IMG/VR virus record: IMGVR_UViG_3300020042_001096
Coordinates: 1 to 31,562 of that record
DNA: 31,562 nt
Origin: a virus
Taxonomy: Duplodnaviria; Caudoviricetes
Reading direction: 5' to 3' (one strand)
Of the stretch, positions 1 through 6,798 are shown one piece after another. A program made the translations under genes and the position numbers. How positions within the stretch are numbered: position 1 is the stretch's first letter; each line of letters opens with the position of its first letter. The notes below the pieces were generated by a model. It did no database searches. It worked only from the letters and a program-made list of their open reading frames with translations, and was not told the DNA's origin.

Positions 1-160
1 TTGCAAATGAGCTGACCATCGCTAGTATGGTTCTGTTCCTGTCTGTGATGGTCTTGTCTGTTAGCGACCTGGTTGGGATTACAGCAAATGGAGTCTTTCG
101 CGGTGGTGTTTGCTTCTTTCTAATGCTCTTTGGTTTTGTCGGCAGTACAAACTTACTCAT
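1..160 (-). CDS. Putative HTH replication initiator / replisome organiser, N-terminus only (runs off the window)
   Basis: Manual translation from ATG 160: MSKFVLPTKPKSIRKKQTPPRKTPFAVIPTRSLTDKTITDRNRTILAMVSSFA. The FAVIP...D..IT......LA...SFA pattern is typical of the start of phage wHTH (HTH_36-like) initiators. Not in the ORF track. Confidence 0.6.
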   Translation of the reverse strand, partial: MSKFVLPTKPKSIRKKQTPPRKTPFAVIPTRSLTDKTITDRNRTILAMVSSFA

Positions 161-263
161 GCCCACACCAATCCATTGATAGCAGCATGCCTATCATTAT
201 TCCCAGAATTGCACCTATGATTACACCAGCCAAAAAGATACTTATAGACAATACTTGCACCAT
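153..263 (-). CDS. 36-aa single-pass membrane protein
   Basis: MVQVLSISIFLAGVIIGAILGIMIGMLLSMDWCGHE. Its start is coupled to the upstream stop (TGATG at 261-265) and its end overlaps the next start. Confidence 0.6.
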   Translation of the reverse strand: MVQVLSISIFLAGVIIGAILGIMIGMLLSMDWCGHE

Positions 264-523
264 CATCTGCTCCTGTTATACCTAGCTACCATCGCTGATC
301 TGAGCTGTTTCCTGGCCGGCTCTCCGCGCTCTTTCTCAACCATCACCAAGTAATCCAGCTTAGTTACCTTTGGCTTCCTAGCCTTGTCCGGCAATCGCAT
401 TGCATGCTGGATCTCACACTCATGCCGCCAGGCTTCTGAGTATGTACAGACTTCCTTGCCATCCACAGTCACCACCTTTGCAGGTAGATGATGGCCACTG
501 CACAGCTCGCAATCGATCTTCAC
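263..523 (-). CDS. Hypothetical phage protein (86 aa)
   Basis: Fits the operon with coupled junctions; N-terminal CxxC and a TYSEAWRHECE motif. Confidence 0.7.
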   Translation of the reverse strand: MKIDCELCSGHHLPAKVVTVDGKEVCTYSEAWRHECEIQHAMRLPDKARKPKVTKLDYLVMVEKERGEPARKQLRSAMVARYNRSR

Positions 524-735
524 TTAACTCTACCCAGCACAGCTTTTGTTTCCTCTTCAGCTGTCTCTTTCTGCATATCCCTGCGGATCTTCTCAAACTT
601 CCTGGCCAGATCCATCGCAGTTCCACCAGGCTTATACTTAAAGTCTGGATTCCAAACACTGGCCAGCTGGTTCTTTGCCCTGCGCTTCCTGGGCTCCTCT
701 TCCACCATCTGTGGCACTAGTTTGATATTACTCAT
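520..735 (-). CDS. Hypothetical protein (71 aa)
   Basis: GGAG SD upstream; overlaps both neighbours in the operon. Confidence 0.65.
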   Translation of the reverse strand: MSNIKLVPQMVEEEPRKRRAKNQLASVWNPDFKYKPGGTAMDLARKFEKIRRDMQKETAEEETKAVLGRVK

Positions 736-910
736 TGCTCTCTCCTTTGATAGTCAACGCATCAGACAGCTCTGCTTCTGCCTGGTGATACGCATCACAC
801 AAACCTTTAGTCTCTCTATCCCAATACTTGCACCACAATCCCTCAGAGTGAGCTACTGAATGCACGCAAGCCTGGCAGCTCTTCTGTCTTTGCAAGAAAC
901 GCAGATCCAT
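728..910 (-). CDS. Small Cys-rich hypothetical protein (start 910, or GTG 865)
   Basis: CQAC...WC...LCDAY motif; fills the gap between 735 and 853. Confidence 0.5.
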   Translation of the reverse strand: MDLRFLQRQKSCQACVHSVAHSEGLWCKYWDRETKGLCDAYHQAEAELSDALTIKGESNE

Positions 911-1050
911 CTCTGATTCCTCCCAGCATTAAACGTACAGAACTCACCACCCTTAATATCCTGCTTAGTTTGGCAGCTGGTGCAAAACCTATCACCTGTC
1001 GTATTACCACCAATCAGGAACTCTACCTTGTGCCGCTTTTTATGTACCAT
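853..1050 (-). CDS. Zinc-finger-like protein (65 aa)
   Basis: Two CxxC pairs (CTSC, CVSC). Confidence 0.65.
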   Translation of the reverse strand: MVHKKRHKVEFLIGGNTTGDRFCTSCQTKQDIKGGEFCTFNAGRNQRWICVSCKDRRAARLACIQ

Positions 1051-1376
1051 ATACTCAACTTCTGTCCAGTGTGTGGCCGCTTGCTGATCACCATCTCAAC
1101 AGCACCTGCAGCCTGTAGTCTCTTGCAGATCTTAAATATCTGCTCTGTTCCAATAGGATTGCCCTGCCGCAACATCACCTCAAAGATATCAGGCGTAGAC
1201 AGGTTCCCATGTTCCTCCAATATGGCCATGATCCTCTCATCATGACGCTTCTTCTTGCCTTGCTGCTTAATGCTGGTATCCATGCCAAACTTAATCACCT
1301 GCCTGGTTGGTAGGTTGTCCACCAGGCTTGTGCGCTTGCCTGAGATCTGCTCAACAGTCCACAGCCAGGAAATCAT
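1023..1376 (-). CDS. Putative winged-helix DNA-binding protein
   Basis: C-terminal IMAILEEHGNLSTPDIFEVM...IFKICKRLQAAGAVE...W pattern resembles a wHTH; ATGA overlap with the resolvase. Confidence 0.55.
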   Translation of the reverse strand: MISWLWTVEQISGKRTSLVDNLPTRQVIKFGMDTSIKQQGKKKRHDERIMAILEEHGNLSTPDIFEVMLRQGNPIGTEQIFKICKRLQAAGAVEMVISKRPHTGQKLSIWYIKSGTR

Positions 1377-1690
1377 AACTGATCACGCACCATTGGTATG
1401 AAATCGTCTAGCAGCAATACAACACGCCATGGCTGGCCATTGCGCCGATAAACCACCACAGGAACTTCACCAGGCTCAATGCAAGCCTCCACCTGCTTGC
1501 ACCAATCATCGATGCTGACTCGCTCCCTGCGCTTGACCTCGATCCTGAACTTGCCTACCTGAATATCGTCCTCGCCATCTCTGGCCTGGCCAAGTTTCCT
1601 CTTAACCACAAAGCCTAGCTTATCGCTAAGTATCCCGGCCAGCTCACGTTCACCAGTAGCGCCCTTGTTCCTAGCTCCGCGGCCATTCAT
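1373..1690 (-). CDS. Holliday junction resolvase, PD-(D/E)xK (Hjc-like)
   Basis: KGATGERE motif, DDI...IEVKR catalytic motif, PVVVYRRNGQPW. Confidence 0.85.
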   Translation of the reverse strand: MNGRGARNKGATGERELAGILSDKLGFVVKRKLGQARDGEDDIQVGKFRIEVKRRERVSIDDWCKQVEACIEPGEVPVVVYRRNGQPWRVVLLLDDFIPMVRDQL

Positions 1691-1872
1691 TGATGTGCCG
1701 CAATCATCTTATCCAACAGCTCCGCAGTGCTGCTGTAGCGCCTAGATAGCAGCTCCTTGATCGCCTCGTCAATCAATGAAGCCCGGCTCCTGCACTGATC
1801 TGCTGCTGCCCGGTCCAATAAACGCCTGGTATCAGGCCGCAATCTTACAAAGAACTTATTAAATTCCTGCAT
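1687..1872 (-). CDS. Ribbon-helix-helix (CopG/Arc-like) transcriptional regulator
   Basis: FFVRL beta strand followed by LLDRAA...SRASLIDEAIKELL helices; first gene of the leftward operon; GGAGG SD. Confidence 0.8.
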   Translation of the reverse strand: MQEFNKFFVRLRPDTRRLLDRAAADQCRSRASLIDEAIKELLSRRYSSTAELLDKMIAAHQ

Positions 1873-1884
1873 ATACCCTCCATA

Positions 1885-1901
1885 GATATCGCAACGATAT
1901 C
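1885..1901. promoter_or_regulatory. Inverted repeat GATATCG-caa-CGATATC, candidate RHH operator
   Basis: Perfect 7-bp arms immediately upstream of the RHH gene SD. Confidence 0.6.
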
Positions 1902-1930
1902 ATTATTTTTAAAATATTTGCTTATTTTTG

Positions 1931-1958
1931 TTGACGCAGCCATTTATCTCTGTAGAAT
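1931..1958 (+). promoter_or_regulatory. Sigma70-like promoter for the rightward recombination operon
   Basis: TTGACG (1931-1936), 16 bp spacer, TAGAAT (1953-1958); AT-rich UP-like region upstream. Confidence 0.7.
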
Positions 1959-1965
1959 CGGGGTT

Positions 1966-1981
1966 GTTGAGATATCTCAAC
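1966..1981. promoter_or_regulatory. 16-bp perfect palindrome GTTGAGATATCTCAAC (operator or recombination site candidate)
   Basis: Self-complementary; lies just downstream of the predicted transcription start and upstream of the AGGAG SD at 1998-2002. Confidence 0.6.
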
Positions 1982-2007
1982 CAATCTACCGACCAACAGG
2001 AGATCAC

Positions 2008-2652
2008 ATGAAATACGTTGCTTACTTCCGAGTTTCTACCGAACAGCAAGGCCGTTCAGGTCTTGGTCTTGAATCCCAAAAGCAGTTAGTTTCGTCCTAC
2101 AACGACAGCATCATTGCTGAGTTCACCGAAGTCGAATCAGGCAAGGTGGATAACCGTCCACAGCTGGAAGCAGCTCTTGAGCTCTGCCGCAAAACCAATG
2201 CATCTATTCTTATCGCCAAGATCGACCGTCTCTCGCGTGATGCAGCTTTCCTGCTGACACTGCGTAAGTCTGGCGTTGATATTGTTGCAGCCGATATGCC
2301 ATCTGCTGGCACCCTGGAATTTGGTGTGCGTGCAGTGGTTGCACAGTTCGAGCGCGAGCAGATCTCCAGCCGTACCAAATCAGCCCTGGCAGCCGCTAAA
2401 GCTCGCGGTGTAGTGTTGGGCTCACCAACTCCAGAGATCGGCTCAGCAGCCGGCGTAGCAGCTCTGAAAGCCTCCGCAGATACCTTTGCACAGTCTCTAG
2501 CACCAATCCTGCGTGATCTCAAAGCAGCTGGTTACAGCAGCTTGCGTGCCATTGCAGCTGCATTGACTGAGCGCAAGATCGAAACTCCTCGCGGCAACTA
2601 CGCCTGGTCTGCCAGCCAGGTATCTAACTTGATGAAAAGGATCCCAGCATGA
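2008..2652 (+). CDS. Small serine recombinase (resolvase/invertase catalytic domain plus short recombinase-type HTH)
   Basis: YVAYFRVS (catalytic Ser10), ESG...RPQL, KIDRLSR, EREQISSRTK; C-terminal SLRAIAAAL...TPRG..W....V. True start is ATG 2008 after AGGAG. Confidence 0.92.
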   Translation: MKYVAYFRVSTEQQGRSGLGLESQKQLVSSYNDSIIAEFTEVESGKVDNRPQLEAALELCRKTNASILIAKIDRLSRDAAFLLTLRKSGVDIVAADMPSAGTLEFGVRAVVAQFEREQISSRTKSALAAAKARGVVLGSPTPEIGSAAGVAALKASADTFAQSLAPILRDLKAAGYSSLRAIAAALTERKIETPRGNYAWSASQVSNLMKRIPA

Positions 2653-2729
2653 GCGATGACTTCTTTACCGGTTGCATGGTGGGCATTTCCATCATGCTTG
2701 CAATAATGTTACTGAAAGGATGGATCTAA
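2649..2729 (+). CDS. 26-aa hydrophobic micro-protein
   Basis: MSDDFFTGCMVGISIMLAIMLLKGWI; ATGA overlap with the recombinase stop and TAATG overlap with the next gene. Confidence 0.6.
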   Translation: MSDDFFTGCMVGISIMLAIMLLKGWI

Positions 2730-3031
2730 TGAGAACAGGACAGCAATTAAAACTAGAGATCCTGGATGATATCGAAGCCAGGCGTTCACAGTTCATCAGC
2801 ATGGCACGCAACCTGGCTAGATCGATTAGCCGGGAACGTGGCCAGGTATCAATCAACGACATTCGGGAGAAGTACCCGCTCCCAGATGATGTACATCCCA
2901 GCGCTTACGGAGCTGTCTTTCGTGGCCAACTGTGGAAGGTAATTGGGTACACAGCAGCAAAGCACCCTGATGCGCATGCTAGGCTCATCAGAATATATAA
3001 ATGGAATGAAGGAGATGAAAATGGTTGGTAA
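2729..3031 (+). CDS. Hypothetical phage protein (100 aa, possibly wHTH-like)
   Basis: Start re-called at the TAATG junction (MRTGQQLKLEIL...); VSINDIR...HPSAYGAVF...HARLIRIY pattern seen in small phage proteins. Confidence 0.7.
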   Translation: MRTGQQLKLEILDDIEARRSQFISMARNLARSISRERGQVSINDIREKYPLPDDVHPSAYGAVFRGQLWKVIGYTAAKHPDAHARLIRIYKWNEGDENGW

Positions 3032-3980
3032 AGTTACCCCCGACAGCATGCTGTCAGCTAGCCGCTTGCCGGCAGTCCTTGGTCTATCCAAGTATCGCAC
3101 CCCTAATGATGAGCTCTTAATAAGTATTGACGCATTGAACGGCAAGCAGCCCAAGGATATATCTAATGAGGCCATGAGCTGGGGCAATACACTAGAGCCT
3201 GTAATCCTGCGCGAGACAGCTGAACGTCTGTTGCTTGTAGATCTTAAACTGGACCACCCTAAAGCATTCTTTCACCCGACACTGCCGCTGTGCTGCAGCC
3301 TGGATGGATTAGCCGATGGTCGTGGCCAGATCATGCGTACAGATCCTGATGCTGGCATCTTTGTAGTTGGCCAGGAATCTATCGAGCTCGATGGGTACGG
3401 AGTGCTGGAGGCTAAGTTAACAAGCGGCACACCTGAAAACATACCAGCCTTGCATCGAGGTCCGATCCAGCTGCAAGCGCAAATGGATATCATGGGATAT
3501 AAGTGGGGAGCTCTGGCCATACTTTATCGCGGCACCCAGCTCAGAATATTTCTATTTGCTCCGCACCAGAATACCTTGGATACCATTAAGAAGATCACCC
3601 TGGACTTCCAAAACAGGCTAGAGATCTGGAGATTTGAAAACAGAATCGATCACTTTCCGGTGGCCAACAGCAAGGACGCAGATACCTTGTGGCCAAACAT
3701 TACCTCAGAACAAGACGTGCTTGAGCTGGATGATGCAGCCGCAGAGTATCTGCGTGCAATTGTTAGCCACAAAAAGAAAATAGAAACTTACCAGGAGGAA
3801 ATTGACAGTTATGAAACAGCCATTAAAGAGTTGCTCAAGGATAGGACTGTAGGTAGAGCCGGTGGTTTTGAAGTGCGGTGGCCTATGCGTAACTACCAGG
3901 CACAACCTGAGAAGGTAACTCCCGCCAAGGATGCGTACAGCAAGCGCATGAGCACAATACAAATTAAGGAATTAACATGA
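3021..3980 (+). CDS. YqaJ-like (lambda-exonuclease family) exonuclease
   Basis: LSASRLPAVLGLSKY, WGNTLEP, CSLDG, LEAK, QLQAQM motifs; AAGGAG SD 6 nt before ATG 3021. Confidence 0.88.
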   Translation: MVGKVTPDSMLSASRLPAVLGLSKYRTPNDELLISIDALNGKQPKDISNEAMSWGNTLEPVILRETAERLLLVDLKLDHPKAFFHPTLPLCCSLDGLADGRGQIMRTDPDAGIFVVGQESIELDGYGVLEAKLTSGTPENIPALHRGPIQLQAQMDIMGYKWGALAILYRGTQLRIFLFAPHQNTLDTIKKITLDFQNRLEIWRFENRIDHFPVANSKDADTLWPNITSEQDVLELDDAAAEYLRAIVSHKKKIETYQEEIDSYETAIKELLKDRTVGRAGGFEVRWPMRNYQAQPEKVTPAKDAYSKRMSTIQIKELT

Positions 3981-4702
3981 GCAAATATGCAGAGCTCCGC
4001 ACCATCGACGTTAGCAAGCTAGTCGAGAAAAAGAATAACCTGACCTATCTATCATGGGCATGGGCAGTAGATCAGTTGCTGCTTAACGATCCTGCAGCTG
4101 TCTGGGAATACCCAGAGCCTAAACTGTGGGGTGAAACAGTGATGATCTTCTGCACTGTTAGCGCTTTTGGTATATCACGCACAGCACAGCTGCCGGTGAT
4201 GGACTACCGCAATCAGCCAATACCCAACCCGAATGCCTTCCAGGTTAACACTGCTATGCAGCGCTGCCTGGCTAAAGCAATCGCACTGCATGGAATTGGC
4301 TTGTACATCTATAACGGTGAGGATCTACCACCATCAGATCCACAGGCAGTCAGCAACCCGCTAGATGCACTGCCGGCAGCACCAGTAGAAACAGTGGAGC
4401 CGGTGGTATTGGTGGAGCACACAGATGAGTCCTGGCACCTAATGGTGCCTACCAAAAAGGATCCGTACAGCACCTGGCCAACACCGCTTGAATGGATCGT
4501 AGCTTTTGATGACCTGCAAAACGTAACAGTTAAGGCCACCAAGCGCAAAGCATCTGAGCGCATGAAGATACTGCGTGAGCTCAAAGAAAGTAATGCAGCC
4601 ACACTTGATCGCATGGGTGAGTTTTTGCGATTGCCACTGCTAGCCAGGTATCAGCAGAGATTAACTGATCTGGCACCGGAAGCTATTAAGCATGGCCAGT
4701 AG
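3977..4702 (+). CDS. Sak3/DUF1071-like single-strand annealing protein
   Basis: EKKNNLTYLSWAWA, LPVMDYRN, VNTAMQRCLAKAIALHGIGLYIY.GEDLP. Confidence 0.88.
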   Translation: MSKYAELRTIDVSKLVEKKNNLTYLSWAWAVDQLLLNDPAAVWEYPEPKLWGETVMIFCTVSAFGISRTAQLPVMDYRNQPIPNPNAFQVNTAMQRCLAKAIALHGIGLYIYNGEDLPPSDPQAVSNPLDALPAAPVETVEPVVLVEHTDESWHLMVPTKKDPYSTWPTPLEWIVAFDDLQNVTVKATKRKASERMKILRELKESNAATLDRMGEFLRLPLLARYQQRLTDLAPEAIKHGQ

Positions 4703-4703
4703 T

Positions 4704-4730
4704 AAAAAAGCCCAGGCATTACGCCTGGGC
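4704..4730 (-). terminator. Intrinsic terminator of the late (minus-strand) transcript
   Basis: 8-bp stem GCCCAGGC/GCCTGGGC with a 5-nt loop, followed by U6 on the minus strand; lies between convergent operons. Confidence 0.85.
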
Positions 4731-4757
4731 AAAGCCACGAAGGATAGTGGCGCGAGA

Positions 4758-5228
4758 TCAGTTGACTAACGATTGGTATTGGGCGAGACACTGCCGGAGG
4801 CTGGCTCGGAGCTCTTCTGCTCTGGCAGCTTCCCGGATAAGAAATTCTGCATTTGATCTATAAAGCTCGGATCCATCACAGCCTTTGCCGGTGGATCCAG
4901 AGCTGGAGGTTTCGGACACTCCACCTTGGTTGGTGGTGGGGCGATCCGGCCTGTCGCGCAGCCCGTTAGTAATACCAAGCAGCTTAGCATTAAGATTGCG
5001 TACCTCATGATCCTTCTCCCGCCTTAAATTGTCTGCTCCTGATTGTAGCTGTTGCTCCTTCTGCCTGGCCAGCTCCTGGTCCTTGGCATGCTGAGCCATC
5101 TGCGCAGCACGCTCCTTATCCCAGGCTTGATGCACCTTGGCCTGGCCGGCAGAGTCACCCTGCCAGTGGCCAGTAGCATACGCACCGACCACCGCAATGA
5201 CTGTACCTAGTATGAAGTATGGATTCAT
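4758..5228 (-). CDS. Rz: Inner-membrane spanin (Rz-like)
   Basis: N-terminal TM, long coiled-coil periplasmic domain, C-terminal Cys; contains an embedded lipoprotein gene. Confidence 0.85.
   Translation of the reverse strand: MNPYFILGTVIAVVGAYATGHWQGDSAGQAKVHQAWDKERAAQMAQHAKDQELARQKEQQLQSGADNLRREKDHEVRNLNAKLLGITNGLRDRPDRPTTNQGGVSETSSSGSTGKGCDGSELYRSNAEFLIREAARAEELRASLRQCLAQYQSLVN
4766..5008 (-). CDS. Rz1: Outer-membrane spanin lipoprotein (Rz1-like), fully embedded in Rz
   Basis: MRYAILMLSCLVLLTGC lipobox, Pro-rich mature region, alternate frame inside the i-spanin. Confidence 0.8.
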   Translation of the reverse strand: MRYAILMLSCLVLLTGCATGRIAPPPTKVECPKPPALDPPAKAVMDPSFIDQMQNFLSGKLPEQKSSEPASGSVSPNTNR

Positions 5229-5389
5229 TTAGGTGGCACTTTAGTGCCTTCTAATTTTTTATGCACCTTGATTACCTTACATACTTCCTTACCTTTTTCC
5301 TGGTGGCATACCTTCTTTAGCTCCCCACCTGCATAGCTATTGGCACTAAACGCAGCTAATAGTACAAGTACACTGGCATTAAATCGCAT
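5225..5389 (-). CDS. 54-aa secreted basic protein with two Cys
   Basis: Manual translation MRFNASVLVLLAAFSANSYA-GGELKKVCHQEKGKEVCKVIKVHKKLEGTKVPPK; Sec-type signal peptide; ATGA overlap with Rz. Confidence 0.7.
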   Translation of the reverse strand: MRFNASVLVLLAAFSANSYAGGELKKVCHQEKGKEVCKVIKVHKKLEGTKVPPK

Positions 5390-5390
5390 A

Positions 5391-5816
5391 TCAGATCTCC
5401 GGTTGTGGTGCTGGTGGTGGCGCTAACTTCCCGCCGAATCCCTGAATAACAGGCGCTGATGATACTGGATCAATCTTTGGTTCTACGCGCTGAGCCGGTG
5501 CCATTGGTGCCGGCGGTGGTGTTGTCGGCGGTGTAGGTTTCATTGCTTCTTCACGTTCTTTAGGCGTAGATAATCCTGGTGGTACGAATTGATCTTTACC
5601 TTTGACAGCAATCAACGTGGCCAATGCACCAAGAATATATTTGCTCATATCAGACAACAGCAGAAAAAATTGTTTATCAGCTGGTGCAATATTTTGGAGC
5701 GGCTGCGTTACGAATACAACGCTATACATTGACAAGCCGGCCATCATGATTAGGATGATACAAAAACAAATGCCGATGATAAATTTTAACCAGGCATTTA
5801 GCTGTTCTTCATTCAT
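5391..5816 (-). CDS. Two-TM membrane protein with Pro-rich tail (holin candidate)
   Basis: Two hydrophobic segments and a Pro-rich C-terminus; located in the lysis cassette. Confidence 0.6.
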   Translation of the reverse strand: MNEEQLNAWLKFIIGICFCIILIMMAGLSMYSVVFVTQPLQNIAPADKQFFLLLSDMSKYILGALATLIAVKGKDQFVPPGLSTPKEREEAMKPTPPTTPPPAPMAPAQRVEPKIDPVSSAPVIQGFGGKLAPPPAPQPEI

Positions 5817-5989
5817 TGTTTCACCTTTTCTGGTGGAGTCACATCATCAGGACAGGTCTGCGTGGCAGTGCATACCGGTGGTTTACACTGCGGTGTTTCC
5901 CAATTAGCTGGATCCTGGCATGGGTATCTAAACCCATCAGTGCAACCAGCCAGCGCCAGGCTAAGTAAGAATATGAAGCGCGTGCTCAT
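5813..5989 (-). CDS. Small Cys-rich lipoprotein
   Basis: MSTRFIFLLSLALAGC lipobox followed by RYPCQDPANW...CKPPVC....CP. Confidence 0.75.
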   Translation of the reverse strand: MSTRFIFLLSLALAGCTDGFRYPCQDPANWETPQCKPPVCTATQTCPDDVTPPEKVKQ

Positions 5990-6578
5990 AGTGTTTTTTC
6001 CTGTCATCTAGGCCAATGGTGCCACCATTAATTTTCTTGGTCAGCGTAACAATATCACCGGCATCTGCCCACTGATTGAGTTTCCTGCTTTCCCAAAAGA
6101 AACAAGCAGATTGGCATGCACCCTCGAAAGTCTGCATGTATTCGTCCAGGTCAGTCAATGATGTTTCTATGCTGTCGGCAAACTCTTGCCATGTAGCACG
6201 ACCAGTTAGCTGGATAAGACCTCTGCCAGAAAAACGATACCCATCACCACTAGACTCGTCACCATTACCCATCCTATTAGCGTAAATGCGATTAGCAATC
6301 GCTGCTTGTTTGTTTGGCTTAGAGCAATACTGCTGCGCAAGTTCATCTGTGTCGAAATATTTGGGAAAAAGTTTTCTGAGAGACATTGGTTTATAGTTCA
6401 AGTTCTCCTTGAGTACCATAAACTGTGCTGATTCATGAGAGCACTGAGCTATAAATGCAGCCATCCTGCGTGGAGTATTGATTTCGTAGTCAGGCAGCAG
6501 CTGCTCTAGCGCATGGTGCCAGTAACTAACGTGCTGGTTCCTGGGAAGGAGCTGCTTCAGCTGGTTCAGTGTTAGCAT
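5961..6578 (-). CDS. Endolysin, glycoside hydrolase family 19
   Basis: FIAQCSHES, ENLNY, YANRMGNG, GRGLIQLTGR, KINGG motifs. Confidence 0.93.
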   Translation of the reverse strand: MLTLNQLKQLLPRNQHVSYWHHALEQLLPDYEINTPRRMAAFIAQCSHESAQFMVLKENLNYKPMSLRKLFPKYFDTDELAQQYCSKPNKQAAIANRIYANRMGNGDESSGDGYRFSGRGLIQLTGRATWQEFADSIETSLTDLDEYMQTFEGACQSACFFWESRKLNQWADAGDIVTLTKKINGGTIGLDDRKKHYEHALHILT

Positions 6579-6798
6579 TTTTTTCCTCTAGTTCACGCAT
6601 CATTAACTTGCGTATCCTGCGCATTCTATCTACCTCAACTATGGCTGCGTTTGTTGCGTTGTTTGCGTCCATGATTGCCAGCCCGACCAGTGGCAAGGCA
6701 ATAGCAAGCGTTAAGACCATCGCAAGTAAGCATATTAGTAGTACCCAAGGGATGCTGTCTTGCTCGTCTTTATCAATATCAGGACGCTGATTAGCCAC
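6526..6798 (-). CDS. Single-TM protein in the lysis cassette (start uncertain: GTG 6798 or 6828)
   Basis: Long hydrophobic segment IPWVLLICLLAMVLTLAIALPLVGLAIM followed by a charged helix; overlaps both neighbours. Confidence 0.55.
   Translation of the reverse strand: MANQRPDIDKDEQDSIPWVLLICLLAMVLTLAIALPLVGLAIMDANNATNAAIVEVDRMRRIRKLMMRELEEKNANTEPAEAAPSQEPAR

Noticed and set aside
1918-2007. 30-aa N-terminal extension of the recombinase in the ORF track
   Set aside because: It overlaps the promoter and palindrome; the SD and family alignment place the start at ATG 2008.
2097-2522. 141-aa antisense ORF over the recombinase
   Set aside because: Mirror-frame shadow of a codon-biased gene; no SD or recognisable motifs.
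2943-3020. Longer start for the exonuclease (345 aa)
   Set aside because: It overlaps the upstream gene; the AAGGAG SD supports ATG 3021.
4734-4751. Second small hairpin GCCAC...GTGGC as the plus-strand terminator
   Set aside because: Only a 5-bp stem and no U-tract on either strand.
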